A stretch of 64,000 bases of DNA from a virus (IMGVR_UViG_2791355019_000001:214-64213), one strand, 5' to 3'. Shown: positions 35,620 to 43,858, numbered from the stretch's first letter. A program made the numbers and translations. Notes: generated from the letters alone by a model not told the origin.

Positions 35620-35988
35620 TCAATCCTCCATTCTCACTACCCGGCGCGGCGCACCGGCCGGCACGGGCATCACTGTAGGGAAAAGCGCCGGGCAGGGGTG
35701 CGCCTGCTCGGCAATGGTCGAGAGCCGGTATTCCCGGCGCTCCTCCTTCGACCGGGCGCTGCCGCGGTAGATGACGATGCGCTCCTGCGCCTCGCCGATC
35801 AGCACCAACCGGCGCAGACCGAAAGCGATCGGGCGGTAGCTGGGCGGCCAGGCATAGAGCTGCACCCGCTCGGCGAGCATCTTGCGGGCAAGCTCGGCGG
35901 CCTCGATTGCACACACCCAACCGCCAGCAGCCTTCAATGCTCCGTAGGCCGCGATCGTCGCTTTATGCCTCATCTCGCGCGGGTTCAT
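35620..35988 (-). CDS. Hypothetical protein, possible winged-helix late regulator
   Basis: ATG overlapping the rusA stop; last gene before terS. Confidence 0.45.
   Translation of the reverse strand: MNPREMRHKATIAAYGALKAAGGWVCAIEAAELARKMLAERVQLYAWPPSYRPIAFGLRRLVLIGEAQERIVIYRGSARSKEERREYRLSTIAEQAHPCPALFPTVMPVPAGAPRRVVRMED
35672..35705 (-). promoter_or_regulatory. Putative late promoter AGGCGCACCCC-N17-TACAGT upstream of terS
   Basis: Variant motif copy with the same 17-nt spacing and a good -10-like hexamer. Confidence 0.55.
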
Positions 35989-36443
35989 CGGGTGCCGCCC
36001 TCCTCGAAAAGATCCCTCGCCCCCTTGCTCGACCACTCCCGCACGATCACCCGAGCCTCCGGGATCTGCCCATAGCGCTTTCGCACCTGCGCATCGGCCA
36101 CCTGCTTGTCGTCGATGAACACAATCCCGTTCATCGCATCGCAAATCGCCTTCCCCACGTTGTCCCAATCCGGCTTCGTTTCCGGCGGGAACTCCCCCCC
36201 AAGTGCCGCGGCCCGCTTTTTCTTCGACCACGACGCCGGCGGTGTCGTGATCAGCACCAGATCCAACTCCACTGGCCCTTCCATCGGCGCCCTGCCCCCC
36301 ATCGCCTGCTGCGCCGCCATGGCCACCAGGTTCTCGTAGCGGGCGGTCTTGTCGGGGGTGAACATGCGCACCCCGGCCCTCATCCGGGATGCCCTCGGGC
36401 GCCCCTTCCCTACCGGCCCCCCCGGCACGACGAACTCGATCAT
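35985..36443 (-). CDS. rusA: RusA-family Holliday junction resolvase
   Basis: PGGPVGKGRPR..KPDWDNVGKAICDAMNGIVFIDDKQV. Confidence 0.9.
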   Translation of the reverse strand: MIEFVVPGGPVGKGRPRASRMRAGVRMFTPDKTARYENLVAMAAQQAMGGRAPMEGPVELDLVLITTPPASWSKKKRAAALGGEFPPETKPDWDNVGKAICDAMNGIVFIDDKQVADAQVRKRYGQIPEARVIVREWSSKGARDLFEEGGTR

Positions 36444-36664
36444 CGCCAATCCCCCTCCTCCCCTCGGTTTCCCTTCGCCCACTGCACGGTCGCATCCGAC
36501 GCCAGTGCCGAATACGTACTGCTGCGCTTCATGGCCTCGACTGCAGCTCGGTTTCCCTGTGCCCTGAATCGAAGCAGCTGGCGCACCAAGCAGCGATGTT
36601 TGAAATCGCCCCCCCACGCTGCCCCCCTTTCGATCTTCGGGAGTAGTTCAGTTTTCGGCTGCAC
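36440..36664 (-). CDS. Small conserved-type phage hypothetical protein
   Basis: HRCLVRQLL..QWAKGNRG..GDWR; stop overlaps the rusA start. Confidence 0.55.
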   Translation of the reverse strand: MQPKTELLPKIERGAAWGGDFKHRCLVRQLLRFRAQGNRAAVEAMKRSSTYSALASDATVQWAKGNRGEEGDWR

Positions 36665-36700
36665 GACGCTGGTCTCTGGCCTGCAGCGCTTTGACTGACG

Positions 36701-37363
36701 TCATGCCGCGCTCCTGGCGTCGACCACGCGCAGCTTGGTGCTGGCGAAGCCGGTCGCCGCAGCGCATGCGGTCGAGAAGCCGATCAGCGGCCGGTTCGTG
36801 CCGCCCTGCATCACAGCCTCGGCCTTTTCCGCATCCCCGATCAGGCACGGCGGGTCGGAGCACAGACCGCGACGCACGTTGTCAGCCTCGGCGATTCCGG
36901 TCAGCACCGGCGGATAGTCGGGGCGCTCGTTGCGCATGGCGTAGCCCCGGTACCGGTTCTCGAACTCCTTGGCCACGAACGGCCACTCGTCCTCGGTCTT
37001 CAACGCCAAGCCCACCCAGCCGCCCATGTCATGCAGCACGCGGTGGATCAGCGCGTCGTCGAAAGCCACGCTGGCGTAGGGGCCGACGTGACGAACCGCC
37101 CTGTCGATCTTCGCCCAGGCCCGCAGTGCGGAGTCCTGCGTCGTCCCGCCGAGCATGCGGCGCACATCGGCGATCTTCGGCATGAACTGGCCGGTGTCCG
37201 GGTTCTGGACATGGGCATTCAGCGCATGGCGAACAGCCGGCAGATCGAGATCCTTCAGCCCCTGCCAGTAGATCGCAATCACCCCCGGCGACAGCGGCTT
37301 GCCGCAGTACTCGGCCACCGCCTGGAGCATGTCGGAGAACGCATCGAATTCGTGTTGCTGCAT
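36701..37363 (-). CDS. Replication-associated protein (DUF6475-like)
   Basis: QFMPKIADV..VAFDDALIHRVLHDMGGW..KEFENRYRGY; follows the initiator gene. Confidence 0.7.
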   Translation of the reverse strand: MQQHEFDAFSDMLQAVAEYCGKPLSPGVIAIYWQGLKDLDLPAVRHALNAHVQNPDTGQFMPKIADVRRMLGGTTQDSALRAWAKIDRAVRHVGPYASVAFDDALIHRVLHDMGGWVGLALKTEDEWPFVAKEFENRYRGYAMRNERPDYPPVLTGIAEADNVRRGLCSDPPCLIGDAEKAEAVMQGGTNRPLIGFSTACAAATGFASTKLRVVDARSAA

Positions 37364-37367
37364 GGCT

Positions 37368-38246
37368 TCACCCCTCGCCGAAGATCATTCGCTTGGCCTC
37401 ATCGGCCGCCTGTCGGTTGCGGTCGGCCAGTGTCGGGGAGGCGCGCGGCAGGGGTCGGACCTTGGCCGCATCCCGGCGCCGGCCTTCGGCGGCAGCGAGG
37501 ATCCAGGCGAACCCCTTGGTACGTGCAGCCGGCTCTTGCGCAACAGCGATGATTTCGTCGGGAGTGATGCCAGCTTCCAGCAGCGCCAGGAGCTTCGGAT
37601 TGCTGGCACTGGCGGTTTGCAGGCCGGCATTCCGAAGGGCCTTGCAAACCTGGCCGGCGACTTGGGCGATGGACTGAGCGTCGCTGTGCGGGGTGCTCTG
37701 CGCCGCGCGCGAGTCCTCGCTTGTCGACGGAGACGGAGACGGAGACGGAGACGGAGACGGAGACGGAGACGGTGCACTGCTATTTTCTGCTGCTCGCATG
37801 CTTGTAGCAGGCTCATTCAGTGCTATCGCATTGCTACTAGCAGAAGGACGCAGGCGTGCGGCGTACTCCGGCATCATCTCTGCAGCCTTCTCGCGTCCGT
37901 GGTGCTTGCAGAGCGCAAGCCACTTCGCCTTTTCAGATCGAGCATCCGCACCGGCCGCCCACGGGTTATGTTCTGCCCAGTCGTGGATTGCGTAGGCTCC
38001 GTCATCGCCGTCGATGAACCCCACCTCGACGAGCGCGCTGATGAACGCCCCTTCCTCGCCTTGCCAGTCCGCAGCAAGCTCAATGTCCTCGCCGGTCATT
38101 CCGGACAGGTCGCCATCCGGGCGCGCTTGAGCCACCCAGAGAAACAGGCAAACGAGTCGCCACGCCCCAGCCTCTCCGACTCTCCGGATCAGCTTCTTGG
38201 TCTTCGGGTGCGACGGCAGGCCGACGCTGATACGCGCATCTAACAT
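37368..38246 (-). CDS. Phage replication initiator (O-like) with Ser-Pro linker
   Basis: DARISVGLPSHPKTKKL..IHDWAEHNPW; SP repeat linker; replication module position. Confidence 0.7.
   Translation of the reverse strand: MLDARISVGLPSHPKTKKLIRRVGEAGAWRLVCLFLWVAQARPDGDLSGMTGEDIELAADWQGEEGAFISALVEVGFIDGDDGAYAIHDWAEHNPWAAGADARSEKAKWLALCKHHGREKAAEMMPEYAARLRPSASSNAIALNEPATSMRAAENSSAPSPSPSPSPSPSPSPSTSEDSRAAQSTPHSDAQSIAQVAGQVCKALRNAGLQTASASNPKLLALLEAGITPDEIIAVAQEPAARTKGFAWILAAAEGRRRDAAKVRPLPRASPTLADRNRQAADEAKRMIFGEG
37726..37772. repeat. Hexanucleotide tandem repeat (GACGGA)7 plus partial
   Basis: Encodes the SPSPSPSPSPSPSP linker on the minus strand. Confidence 0.95.
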
Positions 38247-38752
38247 CAGGTAGCCTCGCTGCCGTCTTTGTGGCTGTACGCGCGCTCAATCTGAGCCAGG
38301 CGCTTGCTGACGTACTCCTTGGCAATGAAAACGAGTTCGTCAATAACGACCGGCTCGCACACGCTCCACGCCATTGCTTCGAGAATCGCGTCCAATGACT
38401 CCTTGGCCTTCTCCTGCCCACAGGACGCACGCAAACTGGCAACCAGGTTGCGGATCGTGCCAACATCCCCGGCCAGAAGCCCGAGGCTGCGAAGCTCACG
38501 GATAAGGCCGGTCTCATACTCGCCACGGGTTTCGTGTTCGTCCTCATGGCAAGTTGCGCAGAGCGTCACGAGGGCGCTGCTCGGGTATTCCCACGGCGCC
38601 TTGCTGCTCTCGTAGTAGAGGTGGTGCACGTTCAGGGTCTTTTCGTTCTCACCGCACTGCACGCATGAGAACTGGTCTCGGCTCATGATTTCGAGCCGCT
38701 TCTTCTGCCAGTTCGGGTGGAGCAACAGCTGTCGGTACGAATCCTTCTTCAT
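38246..38752 (-). CDS. HNH endonuclease-domain protein
   Basis: WQKKRLEIMSRDQFSCVQCG..LNVHHLYY..LVTLCATCH. Confidence 0.85.
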   Translation of the reverse strand: MKKDSYRQLLLHPNWQKKRLEIMSRDQFSCVQCGENEKTLNVHHLYYESSKAPWEYPSSALVTLCATCHEDEHETRGEYETGLIRELRSLGLLAGDVGTIRNLVASLRASCGQEKAKESLDAILEAMAWSVCEPVVIDELVFIAKEYVSKRLAQIERAYSHKDGSEAT

Positions 38753-38873
38753 GCCTCGCCTCCCATCCCGCCCGTAAAAGGGTCGGGCGTGCGGGGGCGG
38801 GCAGGCATCGCCCCCGCGCCGGTGGCCACCGGCTGCCCGATTGAAAGAAGAAGGTCTTCGTGCCGGAAAGGCA

Positions 38874-39692
38874 TCACTGGATCGTCCTCACAGACGGCGC
38901 CGGCAGCGCCTTCGGCTTGCGCGGCTTCGGCAAGGCATTGGGCGGCATCGCGCGGCCCCGGCTCGCGTGCGGCTCGAACGGCGCCACATCGCCCTCGCGC
39001 AGCGCGCGCAGGCCCGCAATGGCCGCGCGGGCGACCGCCTCGGCAAAGCCGCACTCCTGGCCCCACGCGCCACTGAATCCGCCCTGTTGTGCATGGTCGA
39101 ACGCCGGCCCGGAGAGGGCGGTCTGGATCGCCTTGCACGCTTCGGCTTCATCGAACTCGGCGAGCTGCGCCACCTCGGCGAAGAACGCCGCACCCTGCGC
39201 GAACGCCGCGCCCCAGTCGTCATCCTGCCCGTGCGCCACGCTCCAGTTGATGAGCCGCCCCTGCTCGTCGCGGCGGGTGAAGGAAAGGTCGTCGCGGCTG
39301 CGGATTGCCCGCTTCACCGGGGCGGCCGCCGGCGCCGGCAGGCCCAGTGCCTGCTTCTCCATCGCGATGAAGTAGCGCCGCGCCAGGCGGCCCTGCGCGT
39401 TGTTCTCGACCATCGACAGCTCTTTGGCCATGTCGAGGGAGAGGTGGTAGTCGGTGCTGTTGTGACCGCCGCGGGTTTTGCTTCCCAGATTTGGGAAGCA
39501 AACGGTGAAGTCTTCGCCTTCGACGAATCCGTACTGCTCGATGCGCAACTTGATCCAGTCGGGGAATTTCTTGCCGACCTGCAAGAAGGCATGCAGATCG
39601 CGGGCATTGCACAGAAGGGTTTCGATGCCGGCCAGGGTGCCGGTGAAAACGGGGACGAGCGCGGTGGACGCGCCTTGGGCGGGGTGTGCCAT
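38874..39692 (-). CDS. AntA/AntB-type antirepressor
   Basis: CNARDLHAFLQVGKKFPDWIK.RIEQYGFVEGEDF..DYHLSLDMAKELSMVE..ARRYFI. Confidence 0.88.
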   Translation of the reverse strand: MAHPAQGASTALVPVFTGTLAGIETLLCNARDLHAFLQVGKKFPDWIKLRIEQYGFVEGEDFTVCFPNLGSKTRGGHNSTDYHLSLDMAKELSMVENNAQGRLARRYFIAMEKQALGLPAPAAAPVKRAIRSRDDLSFTRRDEQGRLINWSVAHGQDDDWGAAFAQGAAFFAEVAQLAEFDEAEACKAIQTALSGPAFDHAQQGGFSGAWGQECGFAEAVARAAIAGLRALREGDVAPFEPHASRGRAMPPNALPKPRKPKALPAPSVRTIQ

Positions 39693-39748
39693 GGTGATGT
39701 GCTCCGATCGGTTCGTTGCGAACCGCCCATCTCGCTTCCCAACGAGGG

Positions 39749-39826
39749 TGGGCGGCATCCGAACGGGGTGGGAAGTACCGGCGGAGCACCGGCGAGCCTT
39801 GCGGCTCCCCCGCCCGGCGCCGCCCA
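39749..39826 (-). ncRNA. C4-like antisense RNA
   Basis: Closing stem TGGGCGGC/GCCGCCCA and an internal GCAA-loop hairpin; elements GUGCUCCG and CUUCCCA are complementary to target pairs both downstream (39699-39743) and upstream (39885-39906). Confidence 0.8.
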
Positions 39827-39845
39827 TAGAGGACACACCAGACGC

Positions 39846-39878
39846 AAAAAAGCCGCTCTGCAGAACGCTGTGCGGCTT
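39846..39878 (-). terminator. Attenuator-like terminator in the C4/antirepressor leader
   Basis: AGCCGCACAG..GAGCGGCTTTTTT hairpin plus U run, next to the upstream C4 target. Confidence 0.65.
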
Positions 39879-40006
39879 TCGGCCGCTCCGATTCGGGCTT
39901 CCCAACCCGGTCGCCGGCTGTTTTCCGGCGACAGGCGAAGAGTAGTCCGGGCGGGCATGCAAGTCAATGCTTGTGTGTGCATTCGAATGTGCATACACTG
40001 CAAGGC

Positions 40007-40282
40007 ATGGAGATTGAATTCGACCCGGAGAAAGCTGCGCTGAACCCCTTGAACCACGAAGGGGTGACGTTTCAAGAAGCGGCGCCGGTGCTGCTCGACC
40101 CGTATGCCCTGACCCGTGAGGATGAGGATGCCACGGGCGAACCCCGCTTTGTGACGCTGGGCATGGGCGGCCGGGGCCGGATTCTGATCGTGGTGTGGAC
40201 GCTGCGCGGTGACAATCCGCGCCTGATTTCGGCCTGGAAGGCCAACAAACCGCAACGGAGCCGCTATGAGCAACAATTCTGA
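40007..40282 (+). CDS. brnT: BrnT-family toxin
   Basis: MEIEFDPEKA..GVTFQEA..GEPRFVTLG..LIVVWTLRG..RLISAWKA. Confidence 0.88.
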   Translation: MEIEFDPEKAALNPLNHEGVTFQEAAPVLLDPYALTREDEDATGEPRFVTLGMGGRGRILIVVWTLRGDNPRLISAWKANKPQRSRYEQQF

Positions 40283-40556
40283 CCCGATGTTCGAGCAGTA
40301 CGCCGACATGGATTTCACCGACGCCAAGCCCGTCGCCAAGGTGCCGGCGCTGGCCCGGCTTCAGGCCGAGCGCGGCGGCAAGTCGCGCATCACCATCCGC
40401 ATCGATAACGCGACCTTGGCCGTGTTCAAGGCCCGCGCCGAAATGGCCGGCGGCAACTACCAGACGCTGATGAACGAGGCGTTGGCTCAGGCTGCGCAGG
40501 GGGTGACGCTGGCCGACGTGGTGCGCGAGACGATCCGGCAGGAGCTGCGCCACTAA
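40266..40556 (+). CDS. brnA: BrnA-family antitoxin
   Basis: KSRITIRID..FKARA..GNYQTLMNEAL; overlaps brnT. Confidence 0.88.
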   Translation: MSNNSDPMFEQYADMDFTDAKPVAKVPALARLQAERGGKSRITIRIDNATLAVFKARAEMAGGNYQTLMNEALAQAAQGVTLADVVRETIRQELRH

Positions 40557-40597
40557 GCGAAGATCGGCCGCCCCCGCGCCGGCCGCCTGGATCGCAC

Positions 40598-40858
40598 TCA
40601 TTCCCCTTGCCCGCCCGATTCCTTCCCTGCTCCGGCAACCAAGGCCAAGCGGTGGGCATATAGACTGGCCACGTACTCATGACCATGGACGTGCAGCATG
40701 ACGAGCTCGCGCAGGTACTCGCTGGTGGACATGCCGGCATTGCGCGCCGCGCGGTCCAGCCCGTCCTTGGTGTCCTCGGGAACGCGGATCTTCGGCAGCT
40801 CGGCCGTGAGTTTGCCCAGCGGGCTGGTGTGGCCGCTGCGGCTCAATGAAAGTGACAT
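40598..40858 (-). CDS. Ribbon-helix-helix regulator at the CII position
   Basis: KIRVPEDTKDGLDRAARNAGMSTSEYLRELV; downstream of cro. Confidence 0.7.
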   Translation of the reverse strand: MSLSLSRSGHTSPLGKLTAELPKIRVPEDTKDGLDRAARNAGMSTSEYLRELVMLHVHGHEYVASLYAHRLALVAGAGKESGGQGE

Positions 40859-40944
40859 GACAGGTCTCTCCGGAAAAAGGGCGGCTTCCCCGATGCGGGT
40901 AGGATGTGAAGTTCCACCAACACGTCCTTCACAAAGGGGAAGCC

Positions 40945-41205
40945 ATGAACGGGAACATCGCCCAGTTGCAAGCGGGCACATTCGGGTCGCAGGCCGCAAT
41001 GCAAGCGGTGCTGAGAGCGCTCCTCACAACGCACCCCGACATCGACGTGCTGCTGCGCGCCTTGAAGTTCGAAGGAGAAGAAGCGCTTTCATTGCTGCTC
41101 GGTATGCACGTGCCTGACGCATCGCTAGACGCTTTCCGCGATACGTGGAATCACTTGGTTCCATTCCCAGATGGCGGGCCAGATTCGCTAGACCCTCGGC
41201 TCTAG
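40945..41205 (+). CDS. Hypothetical protein opposite to the cro operon
   Basis: AAGGGGA RBS and ATG; 86 aa. Confidence 0.5.
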   Translation: MNGNIAQLQAGTFGSQAAMQAVLRALLTTHPDIDVLLRALKFEGEEALSLLLGMHVPDASLDAFRDTWNHLVPFPDGGPDSLDPRL

Positions 41206-41253
41206 TGGATCGGGGGCAAGCAGCCAGAATGACGGATCCGCGGTCGGCAGCCA

Positions 41254-41526
41254 TCACACCGCCTCCCCCCGCCGATCGGGCTCGACCCGGCGGTCGGTGA
41301 CGCCGTGCTCGCCTGCGCCGTACAGCGGGTGGGGGGTGGGGGGGGGGGAAGAGGCGTCTGAGAACGCATCCGGGCGCGCAAGCCGGAGAAACTTCAGCCA
41401 AGGCTTCGGTATGCCCGCCTTTCGCCACTCCGACACGGACGGCGGCTTGAGATCGCACATCTTCGCTACGGCGGTGGTGCCGCCGAGCCGGTCGATGAGC
41501 GCTGAGGGGGTGGTGTTTGAGTCCAT
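41254..41526 (-). CDS. cro: Cro-like repressor
   Basis: LIDRLGGTTAVAKMCDLKPPSVSEWRKAGIP HTH; divergent from cI. Confidence 0.85.
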   Translation of the reverse strand: MDSNTTPSALIDRLGGTTAVAKMCDLKPPSVSEWRKAGIPKPWLKFLRLARPDAFSDASSPPPTPHPLYGAGEHGVTDRRVEPDRRGEAV

Positions 41527-41531
41527 ACACA

Positions 41532-41596
41532 ATATTAGGCGCACCTAACCAGCGAGGTCAAGTATGCCTATTGCGCCTCTTGTTAGGCTTCCCTAC
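41532..41596. promoter_or_regulatory. OR operators and PR promoter
   Basis: TTAGGCGCACCTAA (41535-48), degenerate CAAGTATGCCTATT (41559-72), TTAGGCTTCCCTAC (41583-96); minus strand TTGACC-N18-TAATAT. Confidence 0.8.
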
Positions 41597-42025
41597 ATGA
41601 GCACGCTTGCCGACCGCATCCAAGAAGCGCTAGACGACACAGGAGCCATCGCTGCGGATTTGGCACGCGCGTGCGGCGTCAAGCCGCCGTCGGTCAGCGC
41701 ATGGCTTTCCGGGGACACAAAATCGCTGAAGTCGTCCACCGCCATCCGTGCCGCAGAATTTCTAAAGGTGAATCAGCTCTGGCTGACCGAAGGCCGCGGC
41801 CCCAAGCGCCCCGAGGGCGGGGCGGCGGCCTTGCCGGAGCCGGAGAGCGCCGAGCCGACCGTCGCCGATCTGCTCGAGCGCTTACGTGCCGAGATCTCGA
41901 CCCAGCCCGAGGCGGTCAAGCGTGCGATCGCCGAGTTGGTAACCGAGTATGTGACTACGCCAGATGCGTCTGCAGGCAAGGCTGTTGCGGACGCCATTCT
42001 GAGAATCCTTGGACCGCGTACATGA
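41597..42025 (+). CDS. cI: CI-like repressor lacking an S24 autoprotease domain
   Basis: TLADRIQEAL..ADLARACGVKPPSVSAWLSG..VNQLWLTEGRG HTH; short helical C-terminus. Confidence 0.85.
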   Translation: MSTLADRIQEALDDTGAIAADLARACGVKPPSVSAWLSGDTKSLKSSTAIRAAEFLKVNQLWLTEGRGPKRPEGGAAALPEPESAEPTVADLLERLRAEISTQPEAVKRAIAELVTEYVTTPDASAGKAVADAILRILGPRT

Positions 42026-42477
42026 TTCCAGAACACGACGAACACGGCCTGCTCCCGCCAGGCATCCATGCCTGCACGCTGGACGAAGTGCGTCGGCGCT
42101 TTTGTTGGACGGATCGCCGGACGCTGCTGTTCAATGGTCTGCGCAAGCTGATCAACGAATGGTGGCTCCCGCAGGGCATTGACGGGAGTGTGCTGATCGA
42201 CGGCAGCTTTTCCCGCACCAAGGCCGAGCCGGAAGACATTGACGCGGTGTTCGACCTGGCGCCGGACGCCCCCTTTGAGCGTGTCGCCATTTGCCTGGTC
42301 CGCACGCAGACAGAACACGCGCGGCTGAAGTCGATCTATCATGTCGACGTGTGGGCGCGTCATCCTCTGATCAAGAACGACCTGTCGCTGTTCTTTCAGT
42401 ACCTAGGAGACAAAGGCGCAGCAGAACTGAACCTGCAGCGCACACATCCAAAAGGCATTCTCAGGATTTCACCATGA
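42022..42477 (+). CDS. Pol-beta-type nucleotidyltransferase-like protein (DUF6932-like)
   Basis: GLLPPGIH..IDGSFSRTKAEPEDIDAV..KGIL; ATGA overlap with the cI stop. Confidence 0.75.
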   Translation: MIPEHDEHGLLPPGIHACTLDEVRRRFCWTDRRTLLFNGLRKLINEWWLPQGIDGSVLIDGSFSRTKAEPEDIDAVFDLAPDAPFERVAICLVRTQTEHARLKSIYHVDVWARHPLIKNDLSLFFQYLGDKGAAELNLQRTHPKGILRISP

Positions 42478-43448
42478 GCCAAACCGGTTTTCCTGCCTGG
42501 AACGGCAGCCCAAAAGACGCCATGCGCGTTTTTCTGGAGCACTGCATGGAAGTCGGACTGCTGGCTGCGCGAAACGGAATGGAGGTCAGACCCAACGAGC
42601 TTGTATCCGGGGTAATCGATCAGCTCGACAAGATCGCTCGCGAGTCCTACCCGTTGTTTCAGGTCATCGAAAATTCAGATCTGGTGCTGCATGCAGAAGG
42701 CCCTGGCGCGCAGCATGACTTACCTTGGCTGTCCGCGCTCAACTGGCTGACCAGCACGGCCAACAAGAACATGCGCGGGCTGCTGCGCACCATGATTGAC
42801 TTGATGGGCGTCGACGGTAAGCGCGTCGCTCGCGAAGCCGATCTGCGCCTGTCCGGCCTTGCGCCAGGTAGCGTGTGGATTGGCCTCAAGCTGATGGTGC
42901 CAGACTCCCCCTTGCTGCCCGCAGACATCCAACTGGGCTATCGGCTGTCTGAAGCCGCCGCCCGCCTGCCCATGCTGGCCCGCTTCATCGACGACGAAGG
43001 GCTGCGCCCAGGCTTGCGCGAAGCGGAGCCTGATCCCGCCCAGCGCGATGCCGCCATGAGCTCTCTTCTTGCGTTTGCCCCGACCGGCAAGCGCGGCATT
43101 CACACGCTGGGCATTTCGTCCCGCGAATACGGCGCCGCCACACTATCGCAACGAGAGCGCGTCGTGCTTCAGGAAGCGCTTCGCCGCCCTGTTGATAGCC
43201 GCCTGCGTGCAGGCGTCTTGCAGGGTGAAGTGCGTGAGGCCGACCTGGATAAGACGCGATTCCACCTACGCACAGCTGACGGTATCGTGCGCTGCGTTCA
43301 TTCTGCACTGCGCGTCGATCAAGCGCGCAGCATGCTGGGGCGCATGCACAGTGTGTCTGGAAAATACGAAACCGATGCGGATGGCCGCCCTCGCTTGATG
43401 TACGTCGAGCGCATCGAGCCCATGCCGGAAAGCGCCTCCTTGCTCTAG
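42474..43448 (+). CDS. Uncharacterised 324-aa partner protein with OB-fold-like C-terminus
   Basis: ATGA overlap with the upstream gene; GLAPGSV motif and GEVREADLD..FHLR..VRC..SVSG. Confidence 0.7.
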   Translation: MSQTGFPAWNGSPKDAMRVFLEHCMEVGLLAARNGMEVRPNELVSGVIDQLDKIARESYPLFQVIENSDLVLHAEGPGAQHDLPWLSALNWLTSTANKNMRGLLRTMIDLMGVDGKRVAREADLRLSGLAPGSVWIGLKLMVPDSPLLPADIQLGYRLSEAAARLPMLARFIDDEGLRPGLREAEPDPAQRDAAMSSLLAFAPTGKRGIHTLGISSREYGAATLSQRERVVLQEALRRPVDSRLRAGVLQGEVREADLDKTRFHLRTADGIVRCVHSALRVDQARSMLGRMHSVSGKYETDADGRPRLMYVERIEPMPESASLL

Positions 43449-43561
43449 ACGGATGCCGCGGCCGGACCGCAAGCTGCCGCCTGATCTGCTGCCCGTTTAG
43501 CGCAGCCCGTATCGTCGGCGCGGTGCGCGGGGCGGTAAAAAAGTACAGATAGGAGGCGCTT

Positions 43562-43858
43562 ATGAACTCTGCGGGGGTGTTTTCCCGGCTATCCAGGGGG
43601 GTCGCAGTGTGGTTTGCGGTCGCCAGCCTGTATTCCCCCGCCTTCTGGGTCATATCCAAGTATGGCCTATCCACAGACGAAATCAGCCCCGCACACGGAG
43701 TTGCGCTTCTCCTGATGCTGCTCCCTCTATTGGTATTTTTGGAGTTCTCGTCCATGAGTCGAGAGCAGCACCAAGAGCACCTTGAGGAAGAGCGCCAAGC
43801 GTTCCGCCAAGGTTATTCAGAAGGGCGAGCAGCGGGGAGACAAGAAAGAATCCGCTGA
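43562..43858 (+). CDS. Small two-TM membrane protein
   Basis: AGGAGG RBS, two hydrophobic stretches, charged tail. Confidence 0.6.
   Translation: MNSAGVFSRLSRGVAVWFAVASLYSPAFWVISKYGLSTDEISPAHGVALLLMLLPLLVFLEFSSMSREQHQEHLEEERQAFRQGYSEGRAAGRQERIR

Noticed and set aside
39918-39934. LexA box upstream of the antirepressor
   Set aside because: CTGT and ACAG are 9 nt apart rather than 8, and the sequence is part of an RNA hairpin
39693-40601. 575-aa extended antirepressor ORF (38874..40601)
   Set aside because: The upstream part overlaps brnTA on the other strand and the C4 RNA leader; ATG 39692 with a GGAG RBS is the better start
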